Assembly (NCBI GenBank): GCA_907165135.1
Contig: OU015566.1
Coordinates: forward strand, 5,456,001 to 5,520,000
Origin: Oikopleura dioica
Lineage: Eukaryota; Animalia; Chordata
Reading direction: 5' to 3'
Length of the DNA: 64,000 nucleotides
The notes under the pieces: model-generated
The model's input: only the letters and a program-made list of their open reading frames with translations
Told to the model about the DNA's origin: nothing
Database searches by the model: none
Shown: piece by piece, positions 46,001 through 59,020 of the stretch
Layout of the letters: every line of letters starts with the position of its first letter
Position numbering within the stretch: the first letter of the stretch is position 1
Translations under genes and position numbers: made by a program

Positions 46001-46897
46001 CAGGGTTAGAAATTTGAGGCAAAATCTAAAAGTTTAGTCTGTCCGTGTCCGTGTCCTCCGCCAAAATCCCAAGTCTAGTCTATCCGTGTCCGATTTTTGT
46101 CCGCTCTAGTCCCGGACATGTCCGTTTTGTCCGTTTTTGTCCGTAAAATCCGGACACATTTTTTTTAAAGAAAAAGTCTGGTCTGAAAAGTCTTGTCCGT
46201 TAATGCCCGTAAAATTTAATGGGAAAAAAAACGAATTTTTATCGAAATAAACCCGACAAGACCAAAAAAAAAACTTTTAAAATTAAATTCGGCAGACAAT
46301 ACATCGAAATATTGAGTTCCTTTCAAGCCAATTTTAAAAAATCAAGGGACTGGCCTGGGACAAGAATCGCAAGGTTATTGCTATTTTTGAAAGTCCCTAA
46401 TTAGGACTGGCAATAAATGAGCGGAATAATGAAGGACCTAATATTCTTAATTTAACCAATTTTCCTTGAGACTCGGTCCTCAAAGTTCCGGCTTCGCACC
46501 ATCAAAAAGACATATCATCAAGTTATCATCAATATTTCCCGTAAAAAAGTCAAAAATTTTGATATTTTTAAATTTTAAACTGAAATCCTGGCTTATTTTA
46601 TCAAACAATGACGTTGATTCAGGCTTTTTTAAACGAATTCGATTTCAAATCGTGCTTTTTTACGGATTTTTTCGGATTCTGCCCGGATTTTACAAACACG
46701 GACAAAAGTCTGGGGTTGTCCGGATTTCACGGACAAATACGGACAAATACGGATTTTGTCCGGATCGTGACAAAAGTCCGGTCTAGGCTGTCCGTTTTTT
46801 CCTCAACCAATAGACTAAAAGTCTATTCTGTCCGTACGGACAAGACCGGACAGACACGGATAAAATCCGTACACGGACATGTCCGTTTAGAACCCTG
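46001..46897. mobile_element. Non-autonomous hAT-like element
   Basis: CAGGGTT...AACCCTG termini, 8-bp TSD TTCCTGAC on both sides, and many subterminal TGTCCG/CGGACA repeats. Confidence 0.9.
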
Positions 46898-47533
46898 TTC
46901 CTGACCCTATCCGTTCCTATCCTCATTTGACTAAGTTTATCTTCCTCGTTGTCTCCGAAATTCTACATGTATTTTAGCGAACTCAAGACCCACAAGTCAA
47001 GTAATTCAAGTTTCCCGAGATCCTTCGCCCTCAAGACTTTTTCGATTAACAGGCCAAGGCTCTTCCTTTTCATTCGGTACCCAAAGTGTTCAAGCGCTGC
47101 AAAAGTTCGAAGATATGGAACAATAACCTTTTTTCCTCCTGCCTTATTTCTAAATAGAAATTTTCAATTGAAAATTTTAAAAAACCTCAAGTACTCTTCC
47201 TGTATTATTTTTGTTTAACAAAACATGCCTGTTCATATCTCAATAAAAAATGCTTGCGAAAATTTTTATTTTGGGAATAGTTAACTCTTCGACAGAATTG
47301 GAGCGAGGATTGGAGCAAAAAAGACGAAGCACAGCCAACAACAAAAACATGCAAAAACACCTTTTTGGGAACCCTCTTCTTCTAAAAATTTCATTAAAAA
47401 CTTCTCAAAGTTTTAGTCTTACCTTTTTTCACTTTTACTTTGCTTGATTCAACCGATGAAACCTCTTGCCGGGTAGTCTGCCTCGGAAGTATTTGTTTCG
47501 CCGGTGTTATTGGAATTGTCTGCTCGACATTAA

Positions 47534-48223
47534 GGGGGTCCCCATTGGTTTTGCAAAAGTCGGAATTTTAAAATCCTTTGATAATTTTTGAAAAGCTGAG
47601 GTAAAGAGCAACAAAAAATTTATTAACCATTTTTCCCTTTTGTCAAGAAAATGTCCCGAAAATCGACCTTGAAGTGGCCAATTTTGATGTTCAAGTGTGA
47701 AAATGAAAAAATTATCTCATTTTTAAATTAGTCCTTATGCCTTATACGACACATTTTTAGAAAGCTTTAAAAGCTCAAATTGAGCTCAGCTTTCTATTTA
47801 TGCCAAAAAATAAGAGTCTAGGTCATGCCCGGAAGCCAATTCAAAGGGCCGAAATTTTCAAAATCGTACTTTTTTTAAATCCTCTATATTACATAAACAT
47901 TTGTTGGGGAATCCTACCCTTCATTACTTTTTTAGATTAAGGTTAGTTGTTTCTAAAAGCATAGCTAGTTTGAAAAAAATCTGTTATTTTTTGGGCTTGA
48001 GGCGTGTTTGAAAATGAGCCAAAATCGGTATATTTCTCGAGTAAGACCTCTTTCGAGCTCTCTAGCGCCCAAACCGCTTGATAATTTTTTTTCTCCAAAA
48101 TTACATTTTTAGTTGAAGGTTAGATCTACAGTTTAGAAGTGTAAAAATTCAAAAATATAAGAGCATCTATTGATCAGCGCTGTTGAAAAATAGGTCGTTT
48201 CGCAAAATCCAATGGGGACCCCC
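47534..48223. mobile_element. MITE with ~25-bp TIRs flanked by TTAA (Kolobok-like, or TA-target type)
   Basis: GGGGGTCCCCATTGGTTTTGC ... GCAAAATCCAATGGGGACCCCC with TTAA on each side. Confidence 0.85.
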
Positions 48224-49383
48224 TTAATTATGATCGGTGCTGGGCTGGGGGGACTTGTATTTTGTGCAAAATTTTCTCCCGCGACTGGAGGACCTTCGGT
48301 CAGAGTTAGAAATGCATAAAACTGGTACTAGTATTTATTTTTCAAGGGAAATGATTTTTCGATGTATTTCGAACCCTGTCTTGAGCAGGTTGAGCGGGAG
48401 CTTGATAAAAAGCTGGATAGGGAGCATTTCTTGGTGAGCCCCCTTGATCCCCGAAATAAGACATTTTTCAAACTAAAATCATCTTGAAATGTCACCAAAA
48501 CACAGTTTCTGCTCTAGAAATATCGGGGAATTTACCTTTCTTTTTTGCAAAGAAAATAAGGGTATCTGTCTTGTGATGACAAAAAGTTGAGATAACTGAA
48601 CAGCTTCTTGCATTTTGATATATTTTCAATTTATTCTGAAAAAATAATAATAATTAAAAACATACTAGTAACAGTAACGACAGCAGACAGCAGAGAAAAA
48701 ATCATGAGCGCACACTGCTGTTTTGCGGAGCAATAACCATACGCTTAAAAATTTGGAGTTAACTAGGAATAAGATAATTTCTCAAACTTTGATTCTGCTG
48801 GTGAGCAACTCTTCGTAGCTGGGGCTTCCCTTCAGCTAGTGCAAGCTCATTCGCAGTAGCTTGCCTCGGAAGTGCTTGTTTTGCTTGTTCTTGAATTATA
48901 TTTATAACAATCGGTGTTTCGGTGTTCGCGGGACCATTTCCGTATAATCCCTGTTGATCCGAAAAAGACATTTTCAACTAAAAGCATTTCGAAGGACCGG
49001 AAAAAAACACAGTTTTGCTCTAGAGATATTTTCAAAATTGTCAAAATGTTCTTGTTTTTAATAATTTCTCTTCCCTATAACATTCAATTCAGATGTTGAG
49101 ACTGAAAAAACTGAGTCGACCGAGTCTGAACCTTCGATCTCGAGTTCCAGAGCGAGCATCATCAAATATCCAGCAAAAAGCGCCACTCAAAGGAGCTCCG
49201 AGACCAGATGGAATCGACACCCTTAAATTCGAGCAAGTCAACGTTCAGGAGATCCAAAAACGATTTGACTCTGTAGAAGACTCGCTCAGACAGATCAAAG
49301 CTGCTAGAACGAGCGATCCTGATGCAGGTAGAAAGGAGAAGCCAAGCATTTCCAAATCATGTTTTTAAGACGAGAATACAAAA

Positions 49384-50108
49384 ATGTTTCGTATTGGATT
49401 TTGGGTTTCTGCGATAGTATTCTCCGCTGGGTTCTTTTATGCTTGTTTCGATCAACTAGTGGTTAATAAGGTGAGCAGAAAATGGTCCAAATCTCATTTT
49501 GCTTCAATTGGCAAGAAATCTGAGTCAGGGTCCTGAAGCCTTCAGGCTGAAGGGGGAGTAGGTCCTAAGTTAGGACCGTCCTAATCCTAACCCTTAACGG
49601 TTTAGGTAGGTTAAACCTTACTCTTCAGGGGCCCTCAATCACTGATTGAGCGCCGCTTACTGAGGTTGCCGAGCCCAGACTAAGGGTGTCCCGCACTATC
49701 TCTCCGATAGATAACACCCTCTTAAAGGATTCATAACATTCAGGGTGGAGCATTCGTAACTCGCGAACAAAACGCTCGCGCATACGAAAAACAAGCAGAA
49801 ATCCTCCATCTCTACGAAAATAACATCACAAAGAAAGATTATCTAAACAAGCAATTGGAAGAAAGAAGACGCGAGTATCAAGAAAAACGAGCAGAAGAAG
49901 ATAAATCAGTAATGCCGTCCGAATGGCGTCGAGCAAATCTGGTATTTCAAATTTCTTGAATAATTGATTCATTTTATGATCTCAGAAAATCAATCCAGCT
50001 GAAAATTATTTGGAAGAAATTAAACGAGTTGGAGAAAGAGAAGAAGATCCGCGAAGTTTAGAAGAAATTAAAGCTAGCGTCGAAAGACTTTCAAATTCAA
50101 ACCGTTGA
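49384..50108 (+). CDS. Small protein with N-terminal hydrophobic helix and coiled coil, multi-exon
   Basis: MFRIGFWVSAIVFSAGFFYACF, then exons at ~49744-49940 and ~49986-50108. Confidence 0.4.
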
Positions 50109-50188
50109 TTTTCGCGCCTTAAACTGCAATTTAAAATTCCCGCTTCTTCAATTTTCAATTTTTCGATTTTCAGACTGAAACAAGAAAC

Positions 50189-50921
50189 ATGGGAGCGGAT
50201 CAATCCAAACAGCTGGAGAATACTCTTTTCAACCTGAAGTTTTCGTCGAAAAATTTGGCCAGAGAGTCGAAGAAATGCGTCAAAAGTGAGGCGGAAGAAA
50301 AGACGAAGCTGAAGAAGGCGATTCAAAAGGGAAATATGGAAGGTGCCAGAATTCATGCGGAAAATGCCATTCGCCAGAAAAATCAGGTACCCTTCCTTTA
50401 GAATTGCACTTTGCCATTCTCCCTGACCTTATCTTTCTTTGCCAGTACAACAAGTACCTGAAAATTAAGGCGCTGAATTTTCTACGTCTTTCATCCCGCG
50501 TTGACGCAGTAGCTTCTCGAGTTCAAACAGCAGTGTCGATGCAGCGCGTGACAAAAGACATGACCTCGGTCGTCCGCTCGATGGAAGGGGCGCTCAAATC
50601 CATGAATCTCGAGCAGATTTCCAATATGCTCGACCGTTTCGAAAAGAGCTTCGAAAACTTGGACGTTCAATCGCAGGTCATGGAGGAAACTGTCGGCGGC
50701 GTTACTGCCCAGTCTGTTCCAGAAGCTTCTGTCCAGGTTTTCAGCATGATTCTAGCTCGGTTTTTAAGCGTTTGTTTTAGTCTTTGATGCAAGAAACAGC
50801 GGACGAACACGGACTGGAATTGAACATGGAGATTCCCGGCGCAGCGCAAACTCAAATCGCCACGGCTACTGGAGACCAGGACGAATTGAGCCAACGATTG
50901 GCAGCTTTGAGACAGACTTAG
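50189..50921 (+). CDS. CHMP1B: Charged multivesicular body protein 1 (ESCRT-III), CHMP1B-like
   Basis: LFNLKF...[14 protein letters not shown]|ALNFLR...RVDAVA...[11 protein letters not shown] across three exons. Confidence 0.9.
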
Positions 50922-51277
50922 GGAGGAGTTTTGAAATAAATGAAGAGAACGGGAAAAATGCTTCTTACACTTTGGTAAGGCTCTCTTTTTGGTTGAAAAC
51001 TCTAAGAAAGATGCCTTGAAATTACACCGTTTTTCCTCGATGACGACCCAAGTAACCGTACTACGCTGGGATTCCCGCCATCTTCGTTAATTTTCCTCCT
51101 TCCTTATCCCTTTTTGAACATTTTTAATTGCAAAACTTCATGAAAAAAGCTAATCAACCCTTTTCATCCCTTTCTTTTCTCGAATTTCTTTCTTGTTTAC
51201 GGCTAACATCACCTCGTAGTTCAAAAAAATCAAATTACATTCTTCTTACGCCTCTTTATCTTGCTCGTTTTAGAATT

Positions 51278-54200
51278 ATGAATGTCGAGAGTATTCTAGC
51301 AGCTGGGAGATTCAGGGTGCTGAATGAGCCGAGAGGGTTTATAAGGATTCTCCAGTGGGTTTTGGCTATTGTCGCCTTTGCTACATGCTCTGGTTATACA
51401 GGTAGAACAGATCATTTCCCCAATAATTCAAGAATCGCGCTAGAAACTCTTACATTTACGTCTCATTGTATTCCCGCTGGAGAAGATGATTCTGAAGCAA
51501 AAGTGACCGATCAAAAGATTATAATCGAGTACCCGTTCAATATTGCCAAATCAAACAAGGACTTTCACAAATTTGACGATTCCTGCGAAACTGAAATTCC
51601 TGTCACTCTTGCTGGAGATGTCAGGTATTCATAGAGCGAAATAGCTAAAACTTGAATGCTTTTAGTCCATCTGCGTCTTGGTACGTTTTTGTGGGAGTAA
51701 TTGCGTTTCTGTATTGTATGCTGGCTCTTGGATACTACGTTTTCATGGGTGAGTAAAGTTTATTTTGAAAGTTTACTGATCAGAAAAGGGAAATGATATT
51801 TTCTTTGTTGAATTTCTTGTTGCATTTGGGGCAGCGCGGGCTGGAATCAAAGCTTTTTTCAATGCAAGCAAGGCCAAACATATGTCCACAGGATGTAATG
51901 CAAGCTTGCCAGTGATCCTTCGTATTGTAAGTTTCCATGCAAATATCGCAGTGTGGAATTAAATCTATCGACGAAGTTGAAATATCTTCTTTGATTTTTT
52001 GTTTGATTGATTCTAGCTCTTGCTCTTTGATATGAATATCATCCTTCAAATTCTGGATTCTCTCTTCGCAAATGTCAATTCGCTCTTGAATCACCAGATA
52101 TTCCTCATCATCTTTTTCTTCTTCAGCAGCGAAATCGAAGAGCTCGAAGTTGTCGTTCAAAATTTGCACTCTTTTTCTAGTTCCTACATACTCAGTTTTG
52201 AGAGCAGCTGTCATTTCCTCGTATGATTTTATTTTTTTCTCGTTCAAGGTGATTTCGTTTCTCAGATTTTTTGTTTGTTCTTTTGCTTCAATGATTTTGA
52301 CTTTCTTTGAATTGCAGGTTTGCATTAATTTTTCGAAAAAGTCTTCATCTGGATCAATTTTTCGCGGAGGAGAAGGACGATCAAGATAAGGGATTCCCTC
52401 TTCCGATTCTATGTCACTGAGAATCTCAATTGTAGGTCTTTTAGACCCCCAATACGCCATAGCTAGGTTACTCAGTTAAAATATTAAAAATAACAAAAAA
52501 TCTCCACCTCAAGCGCTTTATTCTGATTCGAGAAAAAATCAACGCAAATATTTGTGGGAGACTCAGACTGGTAGTCTAGGATCGACAAGTCCCACCCGAC
52601 ACCCGATCGAAAACCGACGTTTTTGTCGGGTTTTTGTAGGATTCTGCCCACCCTACAAAAATCCGATGTTGAAATTTCGGCAACCCTATAAAATCGGGTT
52701 TTTGTAGGGTCATTTATCGGATTTTTGTAATGTATTTTCGTCGGGTTTCTCTTCGTATCTACTCATCAGTTTGATTAAAGACAGTACCCGAAATTCTGTT
52801 AGCCAAAAACATATGTCTTTTTTTCGCCGAATTAGATTCATTACTTGATTCAACTTCAGTGTTGTGAAAACCCGACAAGAACCCGACAAAGACCCGATAA
52901 AAACCGGATGGAGGGACAATTGTCCGCACACAAGCCATGAGGCGCTGCACTACACCGCGCTACTAGCCAAGAGATGGGGGCGCAACGGAGCGCGCGCTGA
53001 TATCAAAATCATCAGCAGGGATCAAAGTCTTTGATTCAAAGAACACTTCTCGTTGTTTTGAATATATTTATCTAGTACCAATCTAAACAAATAATTTTAA
53101 TTTATCACCTAACAAAAAGATAAAGAATGGTTGTTCTGCCAGAATTGGACAGATTCTCAGAATTTCTTGAACATATATCATCAAAAATACAATATTAGAA
53201 CCTAAGTGCCCCTCACCACGGGGCTTCGCCCCTTAGGTCCTAAGATGCCGGGGTCTAGTCTAGGGTTACTTAGGGTTACCTGCGGTAACCCTAACTAACC
53301 CTAGCCTATCCCCCTCGGGTAAGTTTGTTCTGTCATTTTGCCCAGTGCCCCCTAACCCTAACCTCGAAAATAGAAAGTACTTTTAGCTAGAATAAGTTCT
53401 TATCAGCAAAAGTCTTTATTTCAGCAGATAGAGGAGAGATTTCTATCCCCCTCGGGTGAGTTTGTTCTGTCATTTTACCCAGTGCCCCTAACCCTAACCT
53501 TTATTTTAGCCAGTACTATTAACTAAAGTTAAATAATAAATAATAATAATAATCGTGAATTTGAATTCTTGATCGAAGCTTTCTTGGGAGGAAAGAGAGT
53601 TTCAATTTGGCGCGGGTGACTCTCGAGCGCTACTTATTGAGGTGTAGTAGCGCGGTGTGGTAGCGCTGCCTATGGCTTGTGTGCGGACAATTGTCCCATC
53701 TCCCATAAAAACCCGAAAAATACCCGACAAAAACCCGAAAAATACCCTACAAAAACCCGATAAAAACCCGACAAAAACCCGACGAAAACCCGACAAAAAC
53801 CCGATCGGAAAAATCAGACTTCAAGAAAATCCGACGAAAACCCGACCCGGATTTCGGGGGCATTTGTCGATCCTAGCTGGTAGTTGCTTCGTTAACATTT
53901 TCTTCTAGAACCAAATCTTCGTGAAAACGACGAAATCCCTGCTTACAACAACGTCGATCTTGTCATCACTGGCGTCCTCGTCTTCTTCTGGCTTACTGGT
54001 ACATCGACTATGGCGTGGGGCAAGAACCAGCTCGACTTTATCCTTACCCACGGAAACATCGTCAAAGAAGCGGAACTCAAAGATTTCTGCGAGATCCCGA
54101 ATAAATGCACAGTCACGGCGGCAACTTTTGTCAAATTAAACGCGTCGGTTGCATTTGGCTTTTTGAATTTCTTCTTGTGGCTTGGAAGTCTTTGGTAAGA

Positions 54201-54329
54201 ACATCATCATCAAATTCGTTGAATACGAGAAATGCTCTAGGTTCGTCTGGAAAGAAGCCTCCTTCTTCAAGCGAGCACCTCTGGCTTCTTCTCCCCCAGT
54301 TACCGCCTAAGCCCGACCGTACCAAATGA
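51278..54329 (+). CDS. Synaptophysin/synaptoporin-like MARVEL protein
   Basis: EPRGFIRILQWVLAIVAFAT, YPF, SAWYVFVGVIAFLY, LVSSSAWG, LNASVAFGFLNFFLWLGSLW. Confidence 0.85.
51780..52460 (-). CDS. Intronless coiled-coil + RING finger protein nested antisense in a synaptophysin intron
   Basis: CDIC...CGHMFG..CI...CPKC. Confidence 0.8.
   Translation of the reverse strand: MAYWGSKRPTIEILSDIESEEGIPYLDRPSPPRKIDPDEDFFEKLMQTCNSKKVKIIEAKEQTKNLRNEITLNEKKIKSYEEMTAALKTEYVGTRKRVQILNDNFELFDFAAEEEKDDEEYLVIQERIDICEERIQNLKDDIHIKEQELESIKQKIKEDISTSSIDLIPHCDICMETYNTKDHWQACITSCGHMFGLACIEKSFDSSPRCPKCNKKFNKENIISLF
52576..53876. mobile_element. Non-autonomous hAT-like/foldback element in a synaptophysin intron
   Basis: TIR CTAGGATCGACAA...TTGTCGATCCTAG, 8-bp TSD CTGGTAGT, long imperfect inverted arms rich in AAAACCCGA. 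Confidence 0.88.
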
Positions 54330-54602
54330 TCGTTTCACATCTTTTTTCTTCATCTTCTTTTTCGAATTCTTTCAAGTTCACTACCGTTTTTCCGAAATTT
54401 CACAGACCGGGCTCAAAATTCTACCGCTTTATTTTCAGCCAATGGCACCATCTTTATTGACCTATTAACTCTTTTTCTTATCAACTTTATAAACACCACA
54501 TGTGACATGTACCCGCGATAAAACTTCACTTATCTTTTATTCCGACTTTTGCCTTGTTAATAATCACATAACTACAAATATTCATTCTTCCTCGCTTTAA
54601 GA

Positions 54603-55642
54603 ATGGCACAAGCAGGAAAAGCAAAGCATGAATACATCCTTCCAACAAAACATATAAGCAATCCGATGGTTTTCGGCAAATTCCAGCGCTCGCAAGGCTA
54701 CCACACGCTCATCAAATTCATCAGTCGAACGAGCTCAGCATTGGTGAACACAACGATGCTCACAGAGCTGGAGATATCACCGACGGTGCAGTCCTTGATT
54801 CAATTACTCGACAGCTTGGACGAAGCGATTGATCAAATTCCTCCGGAAGAACAGAAACCTGGCGCAGTGAGGTTCGGAAATCCGAGTTATCGAAAATGGT
54901 TTGAAAGGATGCACGAAATTGTAAAAGAAAAATTGGCCAATATTCTTGCCGATTTTCCAGGAGCTGATTATGGTAAGATTTGCAGCTGTCTTTTCTTCAG
55001 CCTTTTTAGAATTGTCTGTTTACCTCTGCGAATCGTTCGGAAATGCGACAAGAATTGACTACGGCACTGGTCACGAGACAAATTTCATCGCTTTCTTGTG
55101 TTGTTTGGACCTTGTGGGCGCTGTAAACAAAAGCGACGACAGAGCCTTGATTCTTGCCCTATTCCAGCGATATCTTGTTCTGGTGCGCCGCCTTCAAATC
55201 GACTACAAAATGGAGCCGGCTGGCAGCCACGGGGTTCACTCGCTAGATGACTACCAGTTTCTCTGCTTTCTCTACGGCTCAATTCAGTTGGGCTCTCAAG
55301 GAGATTTGCAACCGGCGGATTTTCCTAAACCAGAAGTTGTTGAAGCTCATAAAGATAAGGTAAAATGACGCTTGTTTATGAATCTCCCTCCTAACGACAT
55401 TTCAGTACATGTTTCTTCAAGCAATCGACTTCATCAACAAGGTCAAAACCGGACCATTCTGTGAGCATAGCTGCACTCTCTGGGGCGTTTCGGGAGTTCT
55501 CCTTTGGGACAAAGTAATCAATGGCTTCATGAAAATGTACAAGGCGGAAGTGCTTGGAAAATTCCCAGTCATGCAGCACTTTTACTTTGGCTCTCTCCTT
55601 CGCCTGGAACCAATGACGCACGTGTTCTCTCGTCCAAACTAG
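54603..55642 (+). CDS. PTPA: Serine/threonine-protein phosphatase 2A activator (PTPA)
   Basis: RFGNPSYRKW, SFGNATRIDYGTGHE, YKMEPAGSHGVHSLDDYQFL, VLGKFPVMQHFYFGS. Confidence 0.93.
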
Positions 55643-55746
55643 AACTAATTTTAAAGTTTACTTTCCTGCCAGTTTCAAAATGTCTTGCTATTATTTATTT
55701 GCTGTTTATAATCCTAAGCTGTCGACAATGAAAGAAAACGATTAAG

Positions 55747-56972
55747 ATGTCAATAAATGTGAAAATAAAATGGTCTGGAAAGTGCTTCAATTATGAGCTA
55801 CCGCAGGATGCGAAAATTGAAGAACTCAAGGCAAAAATAGAAACAGAAACAAACGTGTTAGCAGGTCGCCAAAAGTCAGGTCTCAGCAAGTAGCAACATC
55901 TGATGATGGGGTTGAATTCTTGCCGAGACCGATGGAGAGCTACTCGGAATCAAAGGAAAAGATGGTGATCCGCTTCTCGGGTCCTTCAAGGAGGGGAAAC
56001 CGGTGATGATGGTTGGTAGCGCGGAGAAAGATATCGCGAAAATTCAGGTTAGTCTTCCTTGATCCCAGTTTTTAAAATTTTTGCAGGCGGGAAAGCCAGA
56101 GAATGCACCGGAAGTCCTCGATGATTTTGATGACAACGCTGTCGAAGAAGCAATTACAGTAAGTTCACAGGATAATCTAACAATTGCTAATCATACCAAA
56201 AGCTGAGGGTTGAAAATCTCCAGAAAATTGACAAACGCGTCGCAAGTCTTCCAATTGAAGTTTTGAACGAACCTCGACCTGGTTCAAAACTGCTCGTTCT
56301 CGATATTGACTATACTCTCTTTGACCACAGAAGTGTTGCGACAAATGCCATGCAACTTATGCGTCCTTATCTTCACGAATTTCTGGCGAAAGCTTATCGA
56401 GACAAGTTAGGGCTTTCCTTAGGCTCTTATTGATTGTTCTAGTTATGACATTGTAATTTGGTCGGCGACTTCGATGAGATGGATCAAGTTGAAAATGGAC
56501 GAGCTTGGAGTCACGGGAAATTTAGATTACAAGCTTGCCTTCATGGTCGATTCAAGAGCTATGATTTCGGTACATGCAGAGCCCTACGGCGTAATCGAAG
56601 TCAAACCCTTGGGTTATATTTGGAAGAACTACAAACAGGTCTCTCTACTTTTCCTTGCAAATCAGCTGACCACATTCTAGTGGGGGCCACAAAACACGAT
56701 CATGTTCGATGATCTCCGACGGAACTTCGTGATGAACCCTCAATCCGGTCTAAAAATTCGCCCATTCAAAAACGCTGCAACCGCTCAAGCCACAGATAGA
56801 GAGCTCCTGAAGCTTTCCAAATACCTTACAGTTCTCAAAGATATTGACGATTTCAAAAGTCTCGACCACAGAAACTGGGAAAAGGTAAGAATCAAGCAGG
56901 GACGTTTTTAAACAATTATTTTCATAGTTTCTGAAATCACGAAAGCGCTCTCGAGACGAAGATACTGCCTAA
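55747..56972 (+). CDS. UBLCP1: Ubiquitin-like domain-containing CTD phosphatase 1
   Basis: N-terminal IKWSGK Ubl, [48 protein letters not shown]. Confidence 0.92.
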
Positions 56973-57117
56973 TCGTTCTCTGCAATACAAAGAGAATATA
57001 ATAAATCGCTGCATGCAAAGGATACATGCAGTTCTTATCCCATAGATATTTTATGATTTTATTTATTAAAATCTATAATTTACAAGGGGCAACAAAAATA
57101 AGCAGCGAGAGAGGTGA

Positions 57118-58280
57118 TTAACTGTATCTTTTATCGTACACATCTTTTGCGTATAACATGTTTGAGGCTACCAGGTTGACGACAGTGAAGGTTATTGCAT
57201 TGACTGAAATCTCTTTTCGAAATCATGGAGGACAACTTTCTTTACCTGGAAAGGCTCGTAGCGCAGTTGTTCCGAAACCTCGCCAAAAGGTGCCTCTTGG
57301 ATCCCAAAGGGCGCCTTCTTTTGCTGTTGATTGGTAGCACTCTCTTTTACGAAGGATGATAATTTGGTTATTAGGACTAATTGGCTTAATTTTAATATTG
57401 AATATGAAGATGTGATTCAAAATTTCTCAAACAAGATTTATCATCCCTTTCCTAACAGACGCGAATCTGGGAGGCCCATTGACTCCATCAGCTGTCCACC
57501 TTGTTTTCAGCACATCAGAGGGATAACTAACGCACCAGCAGGCGACTCCAGCCGAGCCACCAGCAAACATCGTCACCAGAATCGGAAAATCAGGAAACTG
57601 CGCGATCGAGTAACTATGGAAGGTGTTGTACGCCCAGAAATAGGCGCCAAAAGAGGGAATCTCGCGCACCAGTGTTAATCCAAGCCCTTTCGAGAATCCA
57701 CGCAGCCCTTGTTTCCTGTAGATCTCACGAGCCACGCTCATCTCAGACTTTTGCACCTTTGATCCAACGCCAGAGACTTGACAGTGAGTCTTGACGAGTT
57801 CGATTGGACCGCAGACGAAGGATTGGACGCCGCCAGCGACCATTCCTGTCTAGTGTTAATATAAATAAAATACATAACGAGAAAATGAGAACAACTTATA
57901 AAGAAATAGAACGCACCTGAAGACGCAGATCGAGTCAGGTCGTTCTCCCTCATGTATTTGAAGTTGTCTGTTAGGAAACGATTGGCTTGTCCTTCGACAG
58001 AAAAGACGATCGCGTTGAACAAAAACTGTCCGAAAACTGGCGATTTCCATCCTTTGAATAGACCTTGAGGACCTTCTTTGGCGATGATATTCTTGAAGAC
58101 GCGAAAAGCGCCTGTTCTGTCGCTCGAGCTTTGGCACTGTAGTCGAACCTGAACGGGTCAATTCCCTCAACATCCCTCAACGTCTTACCTTGACAGTATC
58201 CAGGGAAAGCCACAAAGAGCTCCAGTCGCCGCACCAGTGCCCCCAGAGACCAGCTCGACGACATTGATAAACTCGACCAT
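57118..58280 (-). CDS. Mitochondrial carrier (SLC25A29/45/48-like)
   Basis: PX(D/E)XXK motifs: GFP.DTVK, GPIELVK, YPSDVLK; also REIPSFGAYF. Confidence 0.85.
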
Positions 58281-59020
58281 TTCTCTTTTTTCTTACTTCA
58301 TCCGGACTTTCCCAAAAGAACTCTTTTTTTTTCACCCCCTTTTTCGACAGGCACACTTTTAAGGAAAATTTCTTGTTGTTATTTCTCTGGCGTTGGTGTT
58401 CTGGAAAAAGTCCTCGATTCGTGGTTATGCAACTTCCCCTGAGCGCAGGGTTTATTTTGAATCGTTGGAAGTGGGAGGGACGCGTATTAACACCTCGAGA
58501 AACATTTTTATCATAGAAACGGGCAGCTGACACGAATCCTATGGCATCCCTCTTCGACAAAAACAGCAAATCTGATATGCAAAAACTGACTTTTCTCTTT
58601 GAAGATCTTTGAAGTAAATAGCTTGGCCGGCTCAGCCTGCATCGATAAATATAAACTCGGGAACGCCTGAAATTTGTGTAATCAAAGCGGCATCGAAATT
58701 TCTGAATACTGAGAGTCGCCTGAAGATCTAATGTAAATATGATGATGCACAGGAATTAAGAATTTGATATTTCTTCTGATTGTTCTTTTTTATTTAACAT
58801 TTTTGAAAAAACGCCAGAAATTTTGATTTTCGTTTTGAGCGAGGCACGAATATCAAGATGAAATTATGAGTGATTTACTCTTCAAGATAAAGTAACAGCC
58901 TGCAATTAATAAACAAGACTCGTTTTTGATTGATTTTTTCATATTATTGATATAAATAGGCAGCAGCTAAGAAAAGTTGTTGCAGATAGAAGCCGTACAA
59001 AGTTGTGTTTACATGTAAAA

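Noticed and set aside
46219-46904. ORFs inside the hAT-like element (also 53602-53908)
   Set aside because: Translations of subterminal repeats with no transposase motifs.
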